Shown one piece after another: positions 17,865 to 25,815 of a stretch of 42,080 nucleotides of DNA. Each line of letters opens with the position of its first letter. Within the stretch, counting starts at the first letter, position 1. This DNA comes from an uncultured Candidatus Saccharibacteria bacterium (GTDB taxonomy: Bacteria; Patescibacteriota; Saccharimonadia; Saccharimonadales; Saccharimonadaceae). The stretch spans positions 1-42,080 of the forward strand of contig CAZSTN010000001.1 of assembly GCA_964609915.1 (NCBI GenBank). Reading direction: 5' to 3'. The notes under the pieces were generated by a model that worked only from the letters and a program-made list of their open reading frames with translations, did not search any database and had not been told where the DNA came from. Both the position numbers and the translations under genes were made by a program.

Positions 17865-19817
17865 CTATTGACGCTGGGACCGTTTTCGTTGATGGGCCTT
17901 GATGAACTCAACAATTTCGTCATGATCATCTAATATTTTAATAAGCGCCATGTCTTCTTCTGAAACAGTCTTGTACCTGTCTAGCATAACTTTTCTAAGG
18001 ACCGAGTCAAAAGGACGCCAGAATTCGGAATCTACTAAAATAATCGGCGCACGTGGTATTTTATAGGTCTGCTCTAGCACTAATATCTCGAAAAGCTCAT
18101 CTAGAGTACCGAAGCCACCAGGGAAATAGATATACGCACTAGCATCAAGCGTCATCGAAACTTTACGACCGAAAAAGTGCTGGAACTCAAAGTTGGCTGT
18201 TGTATAGTCGTTAATGGTTTGCTCTCTTGGAAGCATTATGTTTAAACCGATAGATTCCCCACCCGCTTCAAAAGCTCCTCGGTTAGCAGCCTCCATCACT
18301 CCGTAGCTACCGCCTGTTACAACCGCATAACCTTCTCGGGCCAGTTTAGCCGACAGGTCGTAAGCGCTAGTTAAGACTCCGTCGCTCTGCCTGCGAGCAG
18401 ACCCGAATATAGTTACGGTCTTCTCGTGCTTGTTCAAGATATCAAATGCTTTTTCAAACTCATGGACAACATTATTGAGGCGAAGCTCGGCTGAATCTAT
18501 TAAATTCTCTCGGAGCTTAAAGCCTTTCTTGAACCGTTCTTCAACTTTCTTGCGCTCTGTCGATTTAAGCGAAGCGACAACAAGCTTCTCTGGCGCTATC
18601 ATCTCATTATCAAGTTGCTCTAATATCTGCGAAGAAAGGTTTTTGAAGCCCATGTAGCGAATAAATATTTCGTTCCAAAGACTCTCTCGAAAATGATAGG
18701 CGTAGCGATTTTCGTACGGCTCTCGGTTAGAATATGCAAAACTTACGTCTGTTAAGTTGAAAGATACCGGAAAACCGTCGTAGTTTAGAGCTACGTAGTC
18801 ACGGTCTTTCCAAAACTCTAGCTCTGGGTCTAGTTCATACAGAAGCTCCTCGGCTCTCCTCCAGTGGAGGTCCTCGGGCTGAACATGTGGTTCAAAGGCA
18901 ACCTTATTGATGTCGTCATCAGTTTTATGCTTGGCCAAATACCTCTGGATAACTCGCCAACGAATCTTGCCGTTAACAACCTGGCTCTTAGCGTCAGGGT
19001 CGGCCAACAAAGTGTCGACAACAGTTTTGCCAAATCGTGGCTGAGAACTTTTAGCTTTGAAAAAGTCTGAGTAAAGCCGAAGTTCGTTCATGTAGTGAAA
19101 CAATAGCGGTAAAGTTTTAAGTACCAAACCACGCATCCGTCTAGCGCGCATCGGCACGACAACTATAGTTCCCAGCTCTTTACTGTGAGTGACGTTATGG
19201 AGCTTTTTCTTAACAAAATTTTCCGCTAGATCAACGTACTTATTGTGATCCATCTGAATAATGCGCATGTCACGCTCTTCGTAATCGTCTGCGGTGACTG
19301 TTTTAAATAACTCGTTGTAGTTGCTTAGCCACTGGTCGCCTTCAGAAAACCTCAAAGCGGTGTATATTTCATCAAAGTCCTCTTTTTCGAACATATCTTC
19401 GATGTTTCGATAGCCAAGACGCTCCATAAGCTTCTTAGGTGGCATTTGACGCAAGATGTCTTTAGCTTTTTCTCGTTTGATAACAAAAACTTTTCGGTTG
19501 AAAGTTACACTGTTAGCCGCTTTGATCATAAACGGAACAAGGTGTCGAACGTCTTCTGGGTCCTTAGCACCGATCAGTCGAGTTAAGCGAATCATATCTT
19601 TTTCAACTCGTCCGAAAAGAGCTTGATAAATCTCTGGGCCGGTTGCGGTTAACGGGCTAACGCCTAAGCTACGTAAATTTTCGTGAGCTTTACTGACAAT
19701 GTCGGAAGCTAGTTTAGCGTCTGCGTCCTTCTTGCCAGTGAGGTCGGCCAACTGTTCAACAGCTTGTGTAAAAATTGGCTCCTCAGCGTCTAAAAGCGTC
19801 TGCAAGAATCTTGTCAT
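17865..19817 (-). CDS. Fusion of an unrecognised ~410-aa N-terminal domain and a C-terminal LOG-family (TIGR00730-type) nucleotide phosphoribohydrolase
   Basis: C-terminal TIFGSAR, TGGSYGVMEAANRGA, FFGRK and PGGFGTLDE LOG motifs; one uninterrupted ORF starting 4 nt after the pfkB-family stop. Confidence 0.85.
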   Translation of the reverse strand: MTRFLQTLLDAEEPIFTQAVEQLADLTGKKDADAKLASDIVSKAHENLRSLGVSPLTATGPEIYQALFGRVEKDMIRLTRLIGAKDPEDVRHLVPFMIKAANSVTFNRKVFVIKREKAKDILRQMPPKKLMERLGYRNIEDMFEKEDFDEIYTALRFSEGDQWLSNYNELFKTVTADDYEERDMRIIQMDHNKYVDLAENFVKKKLHNVTHSKELGTIVVVPMRARRMRGLVLKTLPLLFHYMNELRLYSDFFKAKSSQPRFGKTVVDTLLADPDAKSQVVNGKIRWRVIQRYLAKHKTDDDINKVAFEPHVQPEDLHWRRAEELLYELDPELEFWKDRDYVALNYDGFPVSFNLTDVSFAYSNREPYENRYAYHFRESLWNEIFIRYMGFKNLSSQILEQLDNEMIAPEKLVVASLKSTERKKVEERFKKGFKLRENLIDSAELRLNNVVHEFEKAFDILNKHEKTVTIFGSARRQSDGVLTSAYDLSAKLAREGYAVVTGGSYGVMEAANRGAFEAGGESIGLNIMLPREQTINDYTTANFEFQHFFGRKVSMTLDASAYIYFPGGFGTLDELFEILVLEQTYKIPRAPIILVDSEFWRPFDSVLRKVMLDRYKTVSEEDMALIKILDDHDEIVEFIKAHQRKRSQRQ

Positions 19818-19821
19818 TTAA

Positions 19822-20790
19822 CTAAAACTCCTTTTCGATAATTGGCATATCGTGAAGCTCGACACCTTCATAGAGAATGCCCTTTTTGGCACCGATATGC
19901 TGAACAACAGACGTCGAGTTTGCGCTAGCAAAAATTAAAGACTCTTTTAAGCTTTTGCCCTGTGAATAGTAACTCAAGAAACCAGAACCAAAAGCATCAC
20001 CACCACCAGTACGGTCGGTGACTTCAACGTCCTCATACATTCCAGCTTTCACGATAGTCTTACGGTCACCAGCAACGGCACCGTTAGGACCGTCGGAAAC
20101 TATAACTGTAGGCGTATAATGCGAGGCGTGGCGAACCAACTCCTCAAGAGTCTCGCCTTCAACAATCTGCTGAGCTTCTTCTTTGTTAACGATCAGAACT
20201 TCAATATCTTCTAGAATGGCTCGAAGCTTTTCGGTTTCGTTTAGTTCGGCAGCCGCTGGGTTTAGCATAATCTTGGCACCTTGCTCTTTAGCCCTGCTGA
20301 TTATTTTTTCGAGCAACCTTATGTCACCGAGTGAAGACAGATACAGCCAATCAGCTCCGTCGATTACACTTAGGTCAAGATGCGGACTGTCATAAGCTGG
20401 CATACTTCCTCTAAAGTTTAGGATGGTTCGCTCACCGCCATCTAACATAATAACTACTGAGTAGCTAGCTCGGTATTCATCGCCTTGATAAACATACCTG
20501 GTGTCGACACCTTCTTTATCAAGGTCATGAAGAACGCCCTCGCTACTAATGTCGAGGCCAACACACCAGGAATACCTGCTCTGTAGGCCCTGACGAGCAA
20601 ACGTAACAGCGGCATTGGTAACGTTGCCTCCTGTTGCAAAAATTACATCATCTAGTTCTAGTTTCTTTCCGATAGGTAATTTTTCGTACTTAACACTTTT
20701 GTTTTTAAGTTGCTCAAAAACTTTAGTACTCTTTAAAAAAACGTCTTGCGTTGCCTTACCTATTGTTGCAATAATCGGGACTTTGGTCAT
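19822..20790 (-). CDS. PfkB/ribokinase-family carbohydrate kinase
   Basis: GGNVTNAAVTFARQG, GERTIL, NKEEA and DRTGGGDAFGSG PfkB signatures. Confidence 0.93.
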   Translation of the reverse strand: MTKVPIIATIGKATQDVFLKSTKVFEQLKNKSVKYEKLPIGKKLELDDVIFATGGNVTNAAVTFARQGLQSRYSWCVGLDISSEGVLHDLDKEGVDTRYVYQGDEYRASYSVVIMLDGGERTILNFRGSMPAYDSPHLDLSVIDGADWLYLSSLGDIRLLEKIISRAKEQGAKIMLNPAAAELNETEKLRAILEDIEVLIVNKEEAQQIVEGETLEELVRHASHYTPTVIVSDGPNGAVAGDRKTIVKAGMYEDVEVTDRTGGGDAFGSGFLSYYSQGKSLKESLIFASANSTSVVQHIGAKKGILYEGVELHDMPIIEKEF

Positions 20791-21702
20791 TTAAATAACT
20801 GCCTTTCCTTCGCTTCCGAATGCGATAATTTTTTCTTCTACTACTTTCTGAACAGCTCGGTAAACTTCTGGCATAAGCTTAACAACCGCATACTCGTCGG
20901 GATTTTCTTTCAAAACACGCTCCAGTTCAGTCCTGTAAACATAGCGCATGTCGCTGTTGATGTTTACTTTACTAACGCCAATCCTAGCTGCATCTTCGAA
21001 AAAGTGCAGAGGCGTGCCACTGCCACCATGTAAACTAATCTGACATGGGATAGCGTCTCGTATTGCCTTGAGCAAGTCGAGGTCAAGAATTTTCGGAACT
21101 GGGTATTTACCGTGCAAGTTTCCGACAGCCGCTGCGAATGTGTCAATTCCGGTTGCCTCAACAAAAGCTCTGGAGCCTTCAGGGTTGGAAAAAGTTTCTT
21201 TTATTTTGTCGTAGTCAATTTCTTCTTTGTGGACGTTGCTAGAGCCACCAAAATAATGCGGTTCGCTCTCAACAAGAGCACCGGTGAATTTAGCATACTC
21301 AACGACTTCTTTTGTCTTAGAGATGATCTCTTCGTCTGAGGCGTCGTGGTTGGCTTGAGATATATCGATATGGATAAACTCATAACCAACATCTATAGCC
21401 TTCTTGCAGGCGTCGACGGTCGGACTGTGGTCAAGGTTTAAGTACATCTCTATACCGTATTGTTCTTTGTAGTTGTCGACCATGTCTCTAACATTCTCTA
21501 GACCCATGGCGTCAACTTCTCCCTGGCTCAATTCAACCAAAACCGGTGCATCAAGTTTTTGAGCAGCCAGTGCTATGGCAATGAGAGTCTCTTGGTTGTC
21601 GATGTTAAAAGCACCAACAGCAAAATGCTGTTGCCTAGTTCTTTGCATAAGATGCCTAGCGCGCAAGGTATTCTCGCGAATCTGGCTGATAGTCAGTCCC
21701 AT
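20791..21702 (-). CDS. fba: Class II fructose/tagatose-bisphosphate aldolase
   Basis: AVGAFN, LNLDH, AVGNLHG, LHGGSG, KVNINSD. Confidence 0.93.
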   Translation of the reverse strand: MGLTISQIRENTLRARHLMQRTRQQHFAVGAFNIDNQETLIAIALAAQKLDAPVLVELSQGEVDAMGLENVRDMVDNYKEQYGIEMYLNLDHSPTVDACKKAIDVGYEFIHIDISQANHDASDEEIISKTKEVVEYAKFTGALVESEPHYFGGSSNVHKEEIDYDKIKETFSNPEGSRAFVEATGIDTFAAAVGNLHGKYPVPKILDLDLLKAIRDAIPCQISLHGGSGTPLHFFEDAARIGVSKVNINSDMRYVYRTELERVLKENPDEYAVVKLMPEVYRAVQKVVEEKIIAFGSEGKAVI

Positions 21703-21727
21703 TTCTTACTCCTAAATATAGTTACTA

Positions 21728-21742
21728 ATTAACAGTATAGCA
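21728..21742 (-). promoter_or_regulatory. Probable internal extended -10 promoter for fba-pfkB-LOG fusion
   Basis: Minus strand reads TG-C-TATACT about 30 nt upstream of the fba ATG, followed by an AGGAG SD. Confidence 0.55.
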
Positions 21743-21749
21743 TAAGCGT

Positions 21750-22742
21750 TTAAGATTGGTGGTAGCGTGAAGTGCTGTCCAGCCAGCTTTTCAGGTCACT
21801 AGCAATTTCTGGGCCAGTGAACCTGAAGTGCTTCATGAGTTCAGCCGGAGAACCAGACTCGCCGTAGCGGTCTTGAGCACCGATTCGCTTAATTGGAACT
21901 GGAAGCTTCTCGCTCAACAGTTCAGCGATAGCACCGCCAAAACCACCAGCGGCTTGCGCTTCCTCGGCAGTTACGACTCGGCCGGTCTTCTTTGCTACCG
22001 ACAAAATAGTTTCTTCGTCAAGGGGCTTGATTGTTGGTACGTGAACAACCGAAGCTTCAACGCCCTGCTCAGAAAGAATTTCAGCTGCAACTAGCAGTTC
22101 GTATGTCAAGGCGCCAGTGCCTAGCAAGGCAACGTCAGAACCTTCTCGAAGAACGTAAGCTTTGCCGATTTCAAATGGTGAATCTTCGGTGCTGAAAATT
22201 GGCGATTTTTCTCTAGCCATGCGTAAATAGCTTGGCTTACCATTACCTGCAATAGCCATGGTTGCCTTCTCGGCCTCAATACTGTCACCAGGGGCAACAA
22301 CTACCATGTTTGGCAAGACACGCATGAGAGCGATATCTTCCAGCATTTGATGAGTAGCGCCGTCCGGACCAACCGTTACGCCAGCGTGGGCCCCAATAAT
22401 TTTAACAGGTTGGTCGTTTAGGGCGATGGTTGTTTTAATCTGCTCCCAGTTCCGACCTGGACTAAAAGCCGCATAGCTACTAGCAAAAGGAATCTTTCCA
22501 GCATGAGCTAAACCACTGGCTACAGCCGCCAGGTTCTGCTCGGCAATGCCAACTTGTATAAACCTATTTGGAAAAGCGTCACGGAATAGGTGCATCTGAA
22601 CACTCTCGGTGAGGTCGGCACATAAAGCTACTATTTTCTCGTCTTTCTCGCCAGCTTTTTTCAAGCCTCGGCCAAAGCCAGCCCTAATTGGCTCTCTTTC
22701 AATATCATCTTTAAAAAGATTTGGGTTTAATGCGTAACTCAT
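21750..22742 (-). CDS. Transketolase, C-terminal (pyrimidine-binding) subunit
   Basis: ADL, GIAEQN, GPDGATHQMLEDIALMR, TIKPLD, AEE. Confidence 0.93.
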   Translation of the reverse strand: MSYALNPNLFKDDIEREPIRAGFGRGLKKAGEKDEKIVALCADLTESVQMHLFRDAFPNRFIQVGIAEQNLAAVASGLAHAGKIPFASSYAAFSPGRNWEQIKTTIALNDQPVKIIGAHAGVTVGPDGATHQMLEDIALMRVLPNMVVVAPGDSIEAEKATMAIAGNGKPSYLRMAREKSPIFSTEDSPFEIGKAYVLREGSDVALLGTGALTYELLVAAEILSEQGVEASVVHVPTIKPLDEETILSVAKKTGRVVTAEEAQAAGGFGGAIAELLSEKLPVPIKRIGAQDRYGESGSPAELMKHFRFTGPEIASDLKSWLDSTSRYHQS

Positions 22743-23602
22743 ACACCTGCTCCTTCGTGAGTAATTTTCCCGCCCAAAGTCCTGAGGTCCTCAAGCGCTT
22801 CTTTAGCCTGATCTGCGTCTGGTGGCACGCCGTGCCATTTATAGTTATATTCCATAAAATCAACGCCCTTACCTGGTATAGTGTGAGCAAGTATGACCGT
22901 TGGGCGGTTCGTTACGGCCCTACCCTGAGAACAAGCATCGATTACACTATTAACGTTATGGCCGTCTATTTCTACTACGTGCCAGCCAAATGACTCCCAC
23001 TTGCCACGTAAATTCTCAAGTGGCATGACATCTTCGGTCGTGCCGTCAATCTGAATATTGTTGCGATCGACAATAGCGATGACCTGACCAAGCTTATATT
23101 TGCCAGCAAACATTGCCGCTTCCCAAATATTTCCCTCATCAAGTTCACCGTCGCCCATAATAACGTAAACAAAACGGTGCGGATTTTTGTCTAAGTATTG
23201 CAAACTGTAGGCATAGCCAGCCGCTTGACTCAAACCGCTACCTAGCGGACCACTGGTACTCTCTATGCCAGGAAGGGCATGCCTTTCAGGATGGCCTTGA
23301 AGCCTAGAGCCTAATTTACGAAGAGTCATAAGTTCTTCTTTATCAAAAAAGCCAGCCTCTGCCATGGCAGCATATTGCACAGGAACACAATGGCCGTTGC
23401 TCAAAAACAACAAGTCTCGGCTTTCCCAGTCCGGCTTGTCTGGATTTATATTTAATATGTCAAAATACAAAGCTGCAAATATATCAGCAAGTCCAAGTGG
23501 ACCAGCACTGTGTCCGCTACCAGCTTCTTCAAGCATTTGGATTATACTTTTACGAATATTATTAGCTTTTAGCTCAAGTTGGCTTTTAGTTAACTTTCCC
23601 AC
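22739..23602 (-). CDS. Transketolase, N-terminal (TPP-binding) subunit
   Basis: SGH, LSNGH, LQGHP, GPLGSGLS and the GDGELDEG...DRN TPP-binding motif. Confidence 0.93.
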   Translation of the reverse strand: MGKLTKSQLELKANNIRKSIIQMLEEAGSGHSAGPLGLADIFAALYFDILNINPDKPDWESRDLLFLSNGHCVPVQYAAMAEAGFFDKEELMTLRKLGSRLQGHPERHALPGIESTSGPLGSGLSQAAGYAYSLQYLDKNPHRFVYVIMGDGELDEGNIWEAAMFAGKYKLGQVIAIVDRNNIQIDGTTEDVMPLENLRGKWESFGWHVVEIDGHNVNSVIDACSQGRAVTNRPTVILAHTIPGKGVDFMEYNYKWHGVPPDADQAKEALEDLRTLGGKITHEGAGV

Positions 23603-23603
23603 C

Positions 23604-24248
23604 TTATATCACTCCGTGTTTATTAATTTCACTAACAAGTTTTTGATAAACTGCAATCGGGTCTGCGGCTTGGCTTATGGCGCCACCGACATTTAAAACA
23701 TCGACTCCGCCTTTTGAAATAGTATAGGCATTGTCGACATTTATGCCACCGTCCCAGCCAATTTCAACTTTCGGATTTATAGCTTTTACCAAGCGGACCT
23801 TCTCAAGTTGCATCATACTAGCAGTCCCGCCGAACTTGCCGAGGTCACCAGAAAAGATCATGACATGGTCAGCAATCTTTATAGCTTCTGCAACAGTGCT
23901 AGGCACGGTTGGCTTAAGCAAAGCTAGACCCGCTCGTATGCCGGCCTGCTTTAAGGTATTAAGATGTGCGACAATGTCTTCTTTGATTTCGGCGTGAATA
24001 ATTACCAAGTCAGGTTTTATAGCTATTAAGTTTGGTAGGTAGTCGGACGGACGATTGACCATAGCATGTATGTCAATCTGCCACCCTTGTTCCCAGTAAA
24101 GTTGCGTTGGATCAAGCAAAAAACGTGGTGCGAATTCACCGTCACTAATGTCGTAATGGACTCGGGCTGCAAACGGTTTAATTTTTTCCAATGAAGAGGC
24201 TAAGTCGTCGACAGTTTCAGCCATAATTGTAGGTGCTATTGAACTCAT
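23604..24248 (-). CDS. rpe: Ribulose-phosphate 3-epimerase
   Basis: IAPTI, HYDISDGEF.P, DIHAMV, HAE, DGGIN, VGGAI. Confidence 0.88.
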   Translation of the reverse strand: MSSIAPTIMAETVDDLASSLEKIKPFAARVHYDISDGEFAPRFLLDPTQLYWEQGWQIDIHAMVNRPSDYLPNLIAIKPDLVIIHAEIKEDIVAHLNTLKQAGIRAGLALLKPTVPSTVAEAIKIADHVMIFSGDLGKFGGTASMMQLEKVRLVKAINPKVEIGWDGGINVDNAYTISKGGVDVLNVGGAISQAADPIAVYQKLVSEINKHGVI

Positions 24249-24700
24249 GATATTTCATCCAGTTGTTTATTGCGCCTACGAAAACGTGGCGCATTAGTAA
24301 ATTCAGTATTAAGCCAGGTTTCAACAATTCCCTGCCAGACAGCATCGTCTTGAGACTCAAAAGCTCTGGCTGATAAGCATAGGACGTTGCTATCATTGTC
24401 TCTCCTGGTCATTTTAGCTTCGTGAGCATCCCATACAACAGCAGCCCTAATGCCGTTAAAACGGTTTGCAGCCATAGCCATGCCCTGACCGCTACCGCAG
24501 AGCAATATGCCCCTAGAATCATCTTCACCGAGAACTTTTATGGCTACTGACTGCGCAAACTCTGGGAAATCGTCTTCTGGGTCAAGCTCTTTGCCACCGC
24601 TAATATCTACTACTTCGTATTTATACTTAGCCAAGTAAGCAAAGAGTCTATCCTTCAGATAAAAACCATTATGATCACTGCCTAAAAATACCTTCACCAC
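24245..24700 (-). CDS. rpiB: RpiB/LacAB family sugar-phosphate isomerase
   Basis: GSDHNG..LK, GILLCGSGQGMAMAANR..GIRAA, NVLCL, WL.TEF. Confidence 0.88.
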   Translation of the reverse strand: MVKVFLGSDHNGFYLKDRLFAYLAKYKYEVVDISGGKELDPEDDFPEFAQSVAIKVLGEDDSRGILLCGSGQGMAMAANRFNGIRAAVVWDAHEAKMTRRDNDSNVLCLSARAFESQDDAVWQGIVETWLNTEFTNAPRFRRRNKQLDEIS

Positions 24701-25716
24701 TAACCCTCTACTAACTTACCGACATCTGCGACTAACTCTACTAAGCGATTTGAATACCCCCACTCGTTGTCATACCAGACCATGACCTTGGCGAGATTTC
24801 CGCCAACTACCTTAGTAAGTAGCAGGTCAACAACTCCTGAATAGCTTGACCCAATATAGTCACGACTGACTAGTGGCTCTTTGCTAACACCGAGAATTCC
24901 TTGGTAATAAGGCTCTTTAGCGGCTTTTTCGAAGGCCTTGTTGACGTCTTCTACGGTAACGTCTTTTTCGAGAAGCACTGTAATATCACTTATAGATACA
25001 ACTGGAGTCGGAACACGAACGCTTAAACCGTCAAACTTACCCTTTAGCTGAGGTAGCGTTTTGGTAACAGCAATAGCTGCGCCGGTAGTCGTTGGCACCA
25101 TATTTTCAGCCGCATTACGACCTTCACGAAGGTCCTTAGCTGGAGAGTCCTGAAGCGACTGACTGGCTGTGTAGCTGTGAATCGTGGTCATTAATGATTT
25201 CTGAACGCCAAATTCGGCTTCTAACACTGCCATAACAGCACCAACCGAGTTAGTCGTACAACTAGCGTTGCTAATAACATCGCTAGCGTTGTCAACGGTT
25301 TCGTCGTTAACACCCAGAACGATTGTATCTACGCCGTCGCTTTTTGAAGGGCCACTAACGACAACTTTTTTAGCTCCGGCTTTTAAGTGAAGAGCGGCTG
25401 AGTCTTTGTCTGTAAAGCGACCAGTCGACTCAATAACTACAGTAACTCCTAGCTCGTCCCAGGGAAGTTCCGAAGGGTCAGCTTCAGAAAAGACTTTTAT
25501 GACCTCGCCGTTAACCGTAATGCTTGAGTCGTCATAGGTTACTTTGTGCTTATATTTGCCGTAGTTGCTGTCATTTTCGAGTAAATAAGCTAAGGTCTTG
25601 GTGTCCGAGAGGTCATTAACTGCCACAACGTCAATATCGCTTCGATCGAAGGCTATCTTGAAAGCATTTCGTCCAATTCGCCCAAAACCATTTATTGCTA
25701 TTTTAGTCTTCGCCAT
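24700..25716 (-). CDS. gap: Glyceraldehyde-3-phosphate dehydrogenase
   Basis: INGFGRIGR, ESTG.F, ASCTTN, PTTTGAA, RVPTP, WYDNEWGYS; AAGGAG SD. Confidence 0.98.
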   Translation of the reverse strand: MAKTKIAINGFGRIGRNAFKIAFDRSDIDVVAVNDLSDTKTLAYLLENDSNYGKYKHKVTYDDSSITVNGEVIKVFSEADPSELPWDELGVTVVIESTGRFTDKDSAALHLKAGAKKVVVSGPSKSDGVDTIVLGVNDETVDNASDVISNASCTTNSVGAVMAVLEAEFGVQKSLMTTIHSYTASQSLQDSPAKDLREGRNAAENMVPTTTGAAIAVTKTLPQLKGKFDGLSVRVPTPVVSISDITVLLEKDVTVEDVNKAFEKAAKEPYYQGILGVSKEPLVSRDYIGSSYSGVVDLLLTKVVGGNLAKVMVWYDNEWGYSNRLVELVADVGKLVEG

Positions 25717-25815
25717 TTGATTCCACTCCTTATCACAAGCGTTAGCATAATTACTCTTTATTATATACCACCAGGGCTCTATTATCCATCACTATTATTT
25801 CGTATAATTAATGTT

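Noticed and set aside
17865-18490. LOG domain as a lysine decarboxylase, cytokinin-activating enzyme or SLOG-type defence sensor
   Set aside because: Lysine decarboxylase is a known misannotation of this family; no effector or defence genes are adjacent and the context is central metabolism. Cytokinin activity cannot be excluded but has no support here.
25717-25815. 33-aa N-terminal extension of Rel in the ORF track
   Set aside because: It spans the divergent gap/rel promoter region; ATG 25816 fits both the family start and the promoter spacing.
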